A program made the translations under genes and the position numbers. DNA of 64,000 bases from Gammaproteobacteria bacterium. Lineage in GTDB: Bacteria > Pseudomonadota > Gammaproteobacteria > Eutrophobiales > Eutrophobiaceae. Of the stretch, positions 55,525-64,000 are shown piece after piece; within the stretch, counting starts at the first letter, position 1; each line of letters begins with the position of its first letter. Where the stretch lies: positions 416,001-480,000 of the forward strand of contig OZ220696.1 of assembly GCA_965116495.1 (NCBI GenBank), in the 5' to 3' direction. The notes beneath the pieces were generated by a model that was not told the origin of the DNA, ran no database searches, and saw only the letters and a program-made list of their open reading frames with translations.

Positions 55525-57048
55525 TCATAAGACGCGCCGGAGACCGGGTTTGCCGTACTCAACGACAAAACGCGCCAGGTCAAAGACTCCGGATTGCGCA
55601 TCCCTGACATTATCTACTGCGCGTGCGGTCGCCTGCCACTCCTTTGCACTGACTTCGTGTAACAGGTAGCCGCGTTTGTCCGGTTCATAAAGCTGTATCT
55701 GAGGGTTGCGAACCAGGTTGTCTGCTATGGGTTTGCCCATCTGGTGAGGCCAGTTGGCCGAGATGGAGGAAGACACAAACTCCACTCCCGGGAACCGTTC
55801 ACCCGGCGCTGTTGACAGGGCGCCGTCAATAGCCCAGAAAGAGTGCATATCGCCGCTGAGGATTACTGCCTGGCCGGCTTTGCTGCGCTTGATTGCGTCC
55901 ACGACCCTGTCCCTGTTGGCCGGGTAACCATCCCAGGAACCTGCAAAATTATAGGTTTTGCCGTCAATGTCCAGGTTGAACGGTGAAAACACGCTGGAGG
56001 AGGCGATCACGTTCCAGGGAGTGTTGTTTGCCAGGATATTATGCGTCAGCCAGTTCTCCTGCTCCTCACCCAGCATGCTGCGCTGGTCAGCGAACAGTTC
56101 AGGGCAACGTACCACGTAGTTGCCGAATCCATGGGGGGATCTGTCACCGGAGCATGGCATCTGCCTGGCGCGGAATTGGCGGGTGTCGAGGAAATTGACC
56201 TGCGCAAGTTCTCCTACCTGGATAGTGCGCCGGATGCGAAACCGGTTATCACCGGGGTTGCCGTAACCGCGGGTCGGCATGTGCTCATACCAGGCCTGGT
56301 AGGCCGCCGCCCGTATCGCCATGGTAGCCGGATCGGCATCAATTACCGCATCATGGTTATCAAGGGTGCAAAAGAAGGGCAACCAGGCATGAGCCTGTTG
56401 GAGGTTTTCATCGGTTTTGTACAGCGCGTGGCGGCGCCGGAAACCGTCAAGCGTCGGCGGCATGTCTTCGGTCTCGTGTCTGCGGAAGGTCTCACCGTAG
56501 GATGTTTCATAGATATAGTCGCCCAGGTGAACCACGAAGTCCGGGTCATCCGCAATGATATGGTTGTAAGCGACGAAAGAACCGTGCGTGTAGTTCTGGC
56601 AGGATGCGGTGACGAAGCGAATGGAAGCGGGATGACTACCGGCAGCGGGCAGGGTCTTTGTACGGCCCTTTGCCGAGGTGTATGAGCCTGCGTTGAACCG
56701 GTACCAGTACACTTGCCCCGGTTCCAGGTCCCGGATGTCGGCATGTACCGAATGGCCAAGCTGGGGGACAGCCGGTTCTGCACCACTCCTGACAAGTTGT
56801 TGCATGTCCTCATCCCGGAACAATTCCCAGTGCACCGGTATGACGTCCCGGCCAAGTCCGCCATCGGCAGCGAGCGGTTGCGGCGCGAGCCGGGTCCACA
56901 ACACCACCGAGTCATGCGTCACGTCGCCGGAGGCAATACCCAGGGTAAACGGGTTTCTGCCAAACCGAGCCTCTGCAACAAGCGGTGAGGAAACCTGTGC
57001 AGCGGCCAGTCCAAGGGTAGAGCTGATAATGAATTCCCGCCGTTTCAT
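55525..57048 (-). CDS. phoD: Alkaline phosphatase D family protein with a Tat signal
   Basis: MKRREFI, F.LGIASGD, LWTR, SC, HLGDYIYE, DNHD, LDTR.FR, WDGY, LSGDMH. Confidence 0.93.
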   Translation of the reverse strand: MKRREFIISSTLGLAAAQVSSPLVAEARFGRNPFTLGIASGDVTHDSVVLWTRLAPQPLAADGGLGRDVIPVHWELFRDEDMQQLVRSGAEPAVPQLGHSVHADIRDLEPGQVYWYRFNAGSYTSAKGRTKTLPAAGSHPASIRFVTASCQNYTHGSFVAYNHIIADDPDFVVHLGDYIYETSYGETFRRHETEDMPPTLDGFRRRHALYKTDENLQQAHAWLPFFCTLDNHDAVIDADPATMAIRAAAYQAWYEHMPTRGYGNPGDNRFRIRRTIQVGELAQVNFLDTRQFRARQMPCSGDRSPHGFGNYVVRCPELFADQRSMLGEEQENWLTHNILANNTPWNVIASSSVFSPFNLDIDGKTYNFAGSWDGYPANRDRVVDAIKRSKAGQAVILSGDMHSFWAIDGALSTAPGERFPGVEFVSSSISANWPHQMGKPIADNLVRNPQIQLYEPDKRGYLLHEVSAKEWQATARAVDNVRDAQSGVFDLARFVVEYGKPGLRRVL

Positions 57049-57144
57049 CGCGTTATCATAGCAGGTAGAGTTTTACAGGCGTATGATCCGATCCAAATCC
57101 GGCTGGAACAGGCTTGCCGGGGAGCAGGTTAAGACGAATTTTAC

Positions 57145-57633
57145 ATGGTGATGACTATGTCGGCAAAACCCTTGGACGCAGCCAGGATGGAAGCGGTAAT
57201 GCGCGAATATTACGATGGCTGCAACGAGGCCGACCGGGAGAAGATAACGGGTTGTTTCATGCTCGATGCGGTGCACTATTTTCCACCCGGCATGTACGAA
57301 GGACCGTTCCGCGGCGCCGGGAAGATTGCCGAACGCTGGTGCGCAGCCGTGGAAAAGGGCGGTTCTTACTGGACCCTTGATGCCTTGTTGATCGATGCGG
57401 ATAAGGCCGAGGCGGTGATCGAGTGGAGCCACTTCAAAACGGGGCAGGGGACCGTTTTGCGCGGGGCGGAATGGGTGGTTTTTGACAGAGCATCAGGATT
57501 GATGCAGGAAATCCGGGCCTATTATGCGTCGCCGCAAGCGGCAGAACTGAAACGCCTGGAACTGGGTGGCTTCGATTACGAGGGGCGCGGTTACGAGATG
57601 GATTCTCCCAGGGATCGCTCAGCGGGCCAGTAG
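57145..57633 (+). CDS. NTF2/SnoaL-like protein
   Basis: YYDGCNEAD...CF..DAVHYFP, AVIEWS.F, LRGAEW..F, EIRAYYA. Confidence 0.8.
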   Translation: MVMTMSAKPLDAARMEAVMREYYDGCNEADREKITGCFMLDAVHYFPPGMYEGPFRGAGKIAERWCAAVEKGGSYWTLDALLIDADKAEAVIEWSHFKTGQGTVLRGAEWVVFDRASGLMQEIRAYYASPQAAELKRLELGGFDYEGRGYEMDSPRDRSAGQ

Positions 57634-58656
57634 CCCTGCCAGTTGCTGGTGGCTGCCGATAATGCGGTAGGCCCCGGCCCCGCATAAACTGGCTGAGGTG
57701 CCGGCGCCCGTGAGCACTCCTATCGGCACGACACCCGCAGCGTGGCTCGCCTGCATATCGATCATACTGTCGCCCACGTAAATCGTATCGGCCGGATCGG
57801 CATCCATGCGACCCAGGCACTTCAGCATGCCTTCCGGATCGGGCTTGCGTTGTTCGACGTCAGCGCCGGTAACCACTGCGTCGAATAACCCGGCTACGCC
57901 CTGTTCATACAGTAAATCCAGCGATCTTTCTCCGGATCCCGTAACAATGCCGAGCCGGTATCCTGCGCTTTTTAATCCGGATAATGTCTCGGACACGCCG
58001 GGGAATGCGAGCGCATGGGCCTTGAATATATCAGGCCAGAGTTGCATGGCCCTGTCGTTCAGTTTATGGACCATGGCCGGGCGGTTCTCAACGGAGGCGG
58101 GTACTACCTGATGCCAATAGGAGATGCCGTTATTCAGCGTCTCATACATGACCGCTTTGGATACTTCCAGGCCGAATTCATCTCCGGTCGTTTTGGCAAG
58201 CAGGTAAAACGCGCCGACCGTGTCCACCAGCGTCCCGTCCAGGTCGAACAAAATGTTGCTTGTCCTGACAGGCTCGATGACATCCAGGCGCAGGCGGTCG
58301 CCATCGTCCAGGGATAAGTGCCGGCGCAGTGAGACGGAGGTAATAACTTCCACCTGGTCTTCAGGGTAACCGTTGATTTGCGGAAAGATAATCGCCCCGG
58401 TCACACGCCTGTTGATATGCACCGGATAACTCCGCGCATGACAGTTATTCCCGTCAGGGCTGTTTATGTCGATACCGTGCCTGTCCCTCAGCGATTGCCA
58501 GTTCGAGAGGGTCCGCTTGTCATCGATCTTTATGTTGAGGGTGCCGGGCCACGCCTCAATGCCCAGTTTCTCCAGGAATTGCTGTTTTGCGTGTGTAAGT
58601 TCGGTAAAACCCGCGGCTTGTCCTGTCCCGGTTACTACCCGGCCGGATAACTCCAA
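57619..58656 (-). CDS. Fusion of a CTP-dependent (archaeal-type, DUF120) riboflavin kinase and a HAD phosphatase
   Basis: N-terminal G.V.TG.G...F, QF...LG...WPGTLN, VEVI....LR..L.L.DGD; C-terminal LFDLDGTLVDT, GIVT, KP.P, YVGDS..D. Confidence 0.85.
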   Translation of the reverse strand: MELSGRVVTGTGQAAGFTELTHAKQQFLEKLGIEAWPGTLNIKIDDKRTLSNWQSLRDRHGIDINSPDGNNCHARSYPVHINRRVTGAIIFPQINGYPEDQVEVITSVSLRRHLSLDDGDRLRLDVIEPVRTSNILFDLDGTLVDTVGAFYLLAKTTGDEFGLEVSKAVMYETLNNGISYWHQVVPASVENRPAMVHKLNDRAMQLWPDIFKAHALAFPGVSETLSGLKSAGYRLGIVTGSGERSLDLLYEQGVAGLFDAVVTGADVEQRKPDPEGMLKCLGRMDADPADTIYVGDSMIDMQASHAAGVVPIGVLTGAGTSASLCGAGAYRIIGSHQQLAGLLAR

Positions 58657-58657
58657 G

Positions 58658-59122
58658 TCAATACGTCTCCTTTTGTATTTCAGCGGCGCGATGAATCGCG
58701 GCGCGGATGCGCTGGTACGTCCCGCAACGGCAGATATTGCCGGACATGGCCTGGTCGATATCGGAGTCAGATGGCGCAGGATTATCCGTCAGCAGGGCGG
58801 CGGCGGACATCAGTTGTCCCGACTGGCAATAACCGCACTGGGGCACCTGCAATTCCAGCCAGGCCTGCTGTACGGGGTGATAACCGTCTTTGGCCAGGTG
58901 TTCGATAGTGGTAACTTTCTTGCGGCCTATACTGCTCGCGGGGAGCACGCAGGAGCGCATGGGATTGCCGTCAACGTGAACGGTGCAGGCGCCGCACTGG
59001 GCTATTCCGCAACCGAACTTGGTGCCGGTCAGGCCGATCTCGTCCCGCAGCACCCACAACAGCGGCGTGTCCGCTTCGACGTCAACTTCATATTGCCGGT
59101 CATTAATGTTGAGTTTAATCAT
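58658..59122 (-). CDS. (2Fe-2S)-binding small subunit, IorA/CoxS family
   Basis: [42 protein letters not shown]. Confidence 0.95.
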   Translation of the reverse strand: MIKLNINDRQYEVDVEADTPLLWVLRDEIGLTGTKFGCGIAQCGACTVHVDGNPMRSCVLPASSIGRKKVTTIEHLAKDGYHPVQQAWLELQVPQCGYCQSGQLMSAAALLTDNPAPSDSDIDQAMSGNICRCGTYQRIRAAIHRAAEIQKETY

Positions 59123-59215
59123 GTCTTTTCTGCACCAGGGTTACACCAGGAAGTGGACTCCGCACAATATAATCCAGAAATTGATATTTTTGTATCGTTT
59201 TTTACCTGTTGCCGG

Positions 59216-60847
59216 TTATTCCGGATCAACACATGCAAAGTTCTCATGCGCATCGATACTGCCGGTCCCGCGGTACCTGGAAACCTGGGGGTAGGCGCAT
59301 AACGGGCGCGTCCTGGTCACTTTGCCCTGTTCTACCCGGTGGCCTGTAAGGTCCCGCGGTATGGCATCGCCTTCCACCCAGTTGATCAGCGGCGTCATCA
59401 AATCGAACCGGTCCACGTTCACCCCGCCGTTGCAATGGTGCATGCCGGGGACCAGGTACAGTTGCAGAAACCCGGAAATTTCATCGCCCAGCAGTGCGGC
59501 TACTTCATGGTAATACTCGACGGTGCGCATGGGGTTGATGCCGAAATCGGCCCAGCCGTGGTAGATTATCATTTTTCCGCCACGCCGCTGGAAGGGCCTG
59601 AGATCGGGGTCGGTCGCATTGAAAATCAGCCCTGATTGCAGCGTGCGCGGGTAGTCCCGTTCCGGATCCAGTTCCCGCCAGTCCCGGTCGGCGTCATCCG
59701 TTTCGAATGCAAGGTACTCGAACCAGGACTTGACGATATACGATTGCCCCAGTCCGCCTTTACTGTCGGGGACTGCGCGCCCGTCCCACGCCGATTGCGG
59801 CGCAACCGGTGTATAGGTACCGTCGGTGTAGGCGAGGCCCGGAAACTCGCCGCCGATGACGGTGCGGGGATAGATTTGCGTCTTCCCGATAAAGGTGGGC
59901 CCGTAGATGACTGCGAGGGTATTGATTTCATCCTGCGTGAACCCCTGCTGCGTTTCCTTCATACGGGGTAAATCCCGTTGCGGGTCGAAGTCCACGGCCG
60001 GCGGGTTCCCGATAACGCCGTCTGTTACCCCGTCAGCTTCATCATAGCGCGTGAGGATAATGTCACCCAACAGTTCAAGTTTTTCCCGGGACAGGGGAGC
60101 GTCGGCAACCGCCTCCTGGACATTCCGGTATTGCCAGATCATCTCCCTGAGGCTAAACACAGGCGCGCCGGCAAGGATACCGTCGAAATCGGCCGGGAAA
60201 CGTTGCGCCTCGTTAAACCCCTGCAAACCGCCGGTCGAGCAGCCGTCAAAATAAGAATACCCCGGCGCCTTCCCGTAGTATGCCGCGGCAAGGTTTTTTG
60301 CCGTCAGCGCAGTCAAATGCACCGCACGGAACCCGAAATCGATCTCTTTCTGCAGGTTATTGTGCGCCCAGGTGCCGCCTCGCTCCGTGGCCGCGTCGTG
60401 ACCGGTGTTGGTAAACGCCGCCGCAAATCCATGCCGCGCCGCCTTCAGCCGCGCCATGTGGCCGGCCTCGTCATCCAGCGCTTCCCCTGCATAACCCCCG
60501 TTGCCGTGCATGTACAGACGTCCGTTCCAACGGGCGGGCAGGTAGACGATGTAGCGGACTTCGGGGCTGATCACCCCCCGCACCACGCACAGATCCGGGC
60601 TGCCGGCTGCTGCCGGTGACAGGGTGGCGGATACTACGCTGTTATCCGCGTCGGAAACATGGATGAGGTCTCCGCAGCCTATACGTGGTTGCGTTACTTC
60701 GGGTGCGGTGTAATCGATACGGGATTGTTCCGCATCAAGAAAGCTCGAACCGTTCGCGGTCGGGGTCGCCGGCGCGCCAGGTGTGAAAAAAAGCACTGCA
60801 AGCGCCGCCGCGACGGACCGGATGGTAAGCTTGCAGGGAAATCTCAT
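59216..60847 (-). CDS. Tannase/feruloyl esterase-family alpha/beta hydrolase, exported
   Basis: WNGR....GNGG, GCSTGG, FDGILAGAP, HGWAD, PGMHHC.GG, RPLC.YP. ORF track opens at 60883. Confidence 0.92.
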   Translation of the reverse strand: MRFPCKLTIRSVAAALAVLFFTPGAPATPTANGSSFLDAEQSRIDYTAPEVTQPRIGCGDLIHVSDADNSVVSATLSPAAAGSPDLCVVRGVISPEVRYIVYLPARWNGRLYMHGNGGYAGEALDDEAGHMARLKAARHGFAAAFTNTGHDAATERGGTWAHNNLQKEIDFGFRAVHLTALTAKNLAAAYYGKAPGYSYFDGCSTGGLQGFNEAQRFPADFDGILAGAPVFSLREMIWQYRNVQEAVADAPLSREKLELLGDIILTRYDEADGVTDGVIGNPPAVDFDPQRDLPRMKETQQGFTQDEINTLAVIYGPTFIGKTQIYPRTVIGGEFPGLAYTDGTYTPVAPQSAWDGRAVPDSKGGLGQSYIVKSWFEYLAFETDDADRDWRELDPERDYPRTLQSGLIFNATDPDLRPFQRRGGKMIIYHGWADFGINPMRTVEYYHEVAALLGDEISGFLQLYLVPGMHHCNGGVNVDRFDLMTPLINWVEGDAIPRDLTGHRVEQGKVTRTRPLCAYPQVSRYRGTGSIDAHENFACVDPE

Positions 60848-60900
60848 GGCTAATATCTTAAGCTTTGGGAATCCTGCTTTCAACTCTGTCCTGGGGTGAA

Positions 60901-60985
60901 GGGGTCAGGTCGCACATTGCACACATTCTCAAAGGCTCATATTCATTCCTTCGTATGCAATGTGTGCAATGTGCGACCTGACCCC
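60901..60985. repeat. Long perfect inverted repeat (27-bp arms, 31-bp spacer)
   Basis: GGGGTCAGGTCGCACATTGCACACATT / AATGTGTGCAATGTGCGACCTGACCCC; TGACCCCATCACCC is duplicated at 60979 and 60994. Confidence 0.9.
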
Positions 60986-61152
60986 ATCACCCGTGACCCC
61001 ATCACCCCGGCCGGGTGTCAGGTTTATTTGATATGTAAAAAACAGGTATTATGGTCAAATCAACATATGCCGGAAACGGGGTCAGCATTCAGTTTTGTTC
61101 CACCGGAACCTTTCCGGAATATTGTGCAGTTTAATACAAACCAGGGTATCTC

Positions 61153-63234
61153 ATGTCGAGTGAAGGAATAAGAATCGGAATTGACACCGGGGGCACTTTT
61201 ACCGATTTTGCCTTGTCAAGGGACGCTGTTTTCCACACGACCAAGATACTGACCACCCACCAGGCGCCGGAACTGGCGATCATGCAGGGACTGGATGACC
61301 TGATGAAGGCTACAGGTTGCCGCCCTGGCGATGCGGAATTGATCATCCATGGCACCACGCTGGCCACCAATGCCGTCATCGAGCACAAGGGCGCCAGGGT
61401 GGCCATGCTTACGACGGAGGGGTTCCGGGATGTCCTGGAACTGGGTTCGGAAAGCCGGTTTGATCAATACGACCTCGGCCTGACCAAGCCCGCCCCCCTG
61501 GTGCCGAGACAACTGCGGTTTACCATTTCCGAACGCCTGGCGGCAGACGGCAGCGAATTGCTGCCGCCTGACCTTTCAGCCATCGAACAGGTTGCCGAAG
61601 AGTTAAAGAGACACGAAATAGACAGTGTCGCGGTTTGCTTTTTGCACAGCTTTATCAACCCCGAACATGAAGAACGGGCCGCGCAGGCGTTGCGCAAATA
61701 CTTGCCGGGTATCTATATCAGCCTGTCATCCCGGGTGGCGCCGGAGATCAGGGAGTACGAACGCTTCTCCACGACGGTCGCCAATGCCTATATCCAGCCG
61801 TTGATAGATTCCTACCTCAAGCGCCTGCAGGAGGGCTTGAAACGGGCAGGATTTGGTTGTCCGCTTTACATGTTCGTATCCAACGGCGGACTGGTGGAAG
61901 TGGACGTGGCCAGGCAGTTCCCGATCCGGCTGGTTGAATCCGGGCCTGCCGGCGGCGCCGTCTTTGCGAGCCATGTCGCCCGTATCCACCAGGAGGATCG
62001 CATATTGTCGTTCGATATGGGCGGCACTACTGCGAAAATCTGCCTGGTCGACAATGCGGAACCGCAGAAAGCGACCCTGTTCGAGATGGCGCGGGCGCAT
62101 CGTTTTAAACAGGGCAGCGGCCTGCCGGCCAGGATACCGGTGATTGAAATGGTCGAGATCGGCGCCGGTGGCGGGTCCATTGCCCGGGTCGACAGTCTTG
62201 GCCGTATAACCACAGGTCCTGACAGCGCCGGTTCTGAACCGGGACCGGCCTGTTATGACCTTGATGGCGATGAGGCAACGGTAACCGATGCCGATCTCAT
62301 CCTGGGGCGGCTGGAGGCGGAGGGATTCGCCGACGGTTCCATGCAACTCAACAGCGAGGCTGCCAGGCAGGCAGTCCGGGACAAGCTTGCAGTGCCGCTG
62401 CACATGGATATTCCGCTGGCCGCCTACGGTGTGGCTGAGATTGTGGAAGAAGATATGGCCAACGCGGCGCGTGAGCATGCAACGGAAAGCGGGAAATCGC
62501 TGACGGGGCGAACCCTGGTTGCCTTCGGTGGCGCGGCGCCGTTACACGCTCTTTCCCTTGCAGGCAAACTCGGGATCAAGCGGGTCATCGTTCCGGCCCA
62601 TGCAGGGGTGGGTTCGGCAATTGGGTTTTTACTGGCGCCCGTTGCTTATGAACTTGCCCGCAGTTGTCACGTCAGGCTGACTGATTTCAAGCCTGGAGTA
62701 CTGAACAAGCTGTTTAAGGAAATGAGTGAATACGCACACGGAATAGTCGTATCAGGCGCTCCCGGGCGGGAGCGTACGGAAATCCGGCAGGCACAAATGC
62801 GCTATATCGGGCAGGGTTATAGTATTCCTGTCGATATGCCGGTCGGGGAGTTGCTGAAAACTGACGCACAATCACTGCAGCGGGCTTTCGACAAGGCCTA
62901 TATCAACCTCTACAGCAAGCTGCATGAGGGGGTTGACGTGGAAATTGTCGGCGTCAGTGTTTCCGTTTCCGTCCATCTTGTTTTCGCGCAGCCTGCAGAG
63001 ACTGCCGTGACTGCCGCCGGCATTCCGCCTGAAATCGATCATGGCGCCACTGTGTTCGATGCGCAGGCCGGTGCTTACGCGGACGTAAACGTGTATTCAC
63101 GTCATGCCCTGCAACCGGGGAATTACATACCGGGGCCAACCCTGGTGCGCGACAAGGGCACAACTGTCATGGTGCCGCAGGGTCACGGTGTCACGGTGGC
63201 CGGGGACGATAGTTTGATCATCGAAAGGGAATAA
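61153..63234 (+). CDS. Hydantoinase/oxoprolinase A subunit
   Basis: GIDTGGTFTD, HGTTLATNA, ESGPAGG, DMGGTTAK, GAGGGS, AFGGAAP. Confidence 0.93.
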   Translation: MSSEGIRIGIDTGGTFTDFALSRDAVFHTTKILTTHQAPELAIMQGLDDLMKATGCRPGDAELIIHGTTLATNAVIEHKGARVAMLTTEGFRDVLELGSESRFDQYDLGLTKPAPLVPRQLRFTISERLAADGSELLPPDLSAIEQVAEELKRHEIDSVAVCFLHSFINPEHEERAAQALRKYLPGIYISLSSRVAPEIREYERFSTTVANAYIQPLIDSYLKRLQEGLKRAGFGCPLYMFVSNGGLVEVDVARQFPIRLVESGPAGGAVFASHVARIHQEDRILSFDMGGTTAKICLVDNAEPQKATLFEMARAHRFKQGSGLPARIPVIEMVEIGAGGGSIARVDSLGRITTGPDSAGSEPGPACYDLDGDEATVTDADLILGRLEAEGFADGSMQLNSEAARQAVRDKLAVPLHMDIPLAAYGVAEIVEEDMANAAREHATESGKSLTGRTLVAFGGAAPLHALSLAGKLGIKRVIVPAHAGVGSAIGFLLAPVAYELARSCHVRLTDFKPGVLNKLFKEMSEYAHGIVVSGAPGRERTEIRQAQMRYIGQGYSIPVDMPVGELLKTDAQSLQRAFDKAYINLYSKLHEGVDVEIVGVSVSVSVHLVFAQPAETAVTAAGIPPEIDHGATVFDAQAGAYADVNVYSRHALQPGNYIPGPTLVRDKGTTVMVPQGHGVTVAGDDSLIIERE

Positions 63235-63242
63235 TCGCCATC

Positions 63243-64000
63243 ATGATTAACAATAACTTTAAGTCATCATTGCAATATATTGAATTTCAAGTGATATGGC
63301 GTCGCTTAATCTCTATTGTAGAAGACCAGGCCAGGACTTTGATGAAGACCGCGTTCAGCCCCGTGGTACGGGAATCCGGCGACCTGTCCGCAGCCGTGTT
63401 CGACCCGCAGGGGCGCATGCTGGCCCAGGCCATTACCGGCACGCCCGGACACGTCAATTCAACCGCTGCCGCGGTACCGCATTTTCTCAGGGAATACCCG
63501 CCGGCGGAACTAAAACCCGGGGATCACCTGATTACCAATGACCCGTGGATTGCGTCGGGGCACCTGCACGACGTCACGGTTGTGTCCCCGGTATTTCTTG
63601 CAGACAGGTTAATAGCGCTGTTTGCCTGCACCTGTCACCAACTGGATATCGGCGGCTTGGGGCAGGGGCCTGACGGCAAGTCGGTGTATGAAGAGGGACT
63701 GTATATTCCCGTTATGAAACTGGTGGACCGGGGTGAGGTAAACCAGGACTTACTCAGGATAATTGAGGGTAACGTACGCACACCGTACGAAGTGCGCGGC
63801 GATATCCTGTCCTATGTCGCCGCAAACGAGACCAGCGGGGTGAAACTGCTGGATATGATGCGGGAATACGGACTGGATAATCTCGATTATACCGGGAACG
63901 AGATCATCGAACGCTCGCGCAAGGGGATGCTGGAAGAAATCCGTAAGCTACCGGCAGGGACCACCCATAACACCATTACCCTGGACGGGTATGACAAGCC
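63243..64000 (+). CDS. Hydantoinase B/oxoprolinase subunit; runs off the window end
   Basis: Not in the ORF track. Manual translation MINNNFKSSLQYIEFQVIWRRLISIVEDQARTLMKTAFSPVVRESGDLS...NDPW..SGHLHD...CHQLDIGG. Confidence 0.92.
   Translation, partial: MINNNFKSSLQYIEFQVIWRRLISIVEDQARTLMKTAFSPVVRESGDLSAAVFDPQGRMLAQAITGTPGHVNSTAAAVPHFLREYPPAELKPGDHLITNDPWIASGHLHDVTVVSPVFLADRLIALFACTCHQLDIGGLGQGPDGKSVYEEGLYIPVMKLVDRGEVNQDLLRIIEGNVRTPYEVRGDILSYVAANETSGVKLLDMMREYGLDNLDYTGNEIIERSRKGMLEEIRKLPAGTTHNTITLDGYDK

Noticed and set aside
1-64000. Secondary-metabolite biosynthetic cluster
   Set aside because: There is no NRPS, PKS, RiPP precursor or other scaffold-building enzyme. Exported hydrolases and importers point to catabolism.
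1-64000. Assignment to a specific taxon or host (e.g. a marine or sponge-associated gammaproteobacterium)
   Set aside because: The gene content is suggestive, but the window has no phylogenetic marker gene, so this cannot be supported.

Overview
A gene-dense segment from a Gram-negative bacterium (four TonB-dependent receptors), made almost entirely of accessory catabolic genes. It carries eight metal-dependent amidohydrolases, four of them close, signal-peptide-bearing paralogs in tandem. It also has four ATP-dependent hydantoinase/oxoprolinase systems (one fused, one with an extra degenerate B subunit, one cut by the window edge), MFS and NCS1 transporters, and many exported hydrolases (serine hydrolase, DUF885, alpha/beta hydrolase, MBL, PhoD, tannase). 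I read this as a cluster of TonB-receptor-linked loci for scavenging amides and cyclic amides; that is inference and no substrate can be named from sequence. Best oddities: an archaeal-type CTP-dependent riboflavin kinase fused to a HAD phosphatase; an AhcY homologue with several catalytic-site substitutions; a GGGGAC...GTCCCC palindrome family inserted in-frame into two signal peptides; an integrase-free AAA/DUF4143 cassette bracketed by a 59-bp direct repeat; an intact IS1634-type element with TTAA flanks; and several orphan gene heads and tails. I saw no rRNA, tRNA, CRISPR array or classical transcription regulator. All product calls come from motif recognition by eye; no database search was run.
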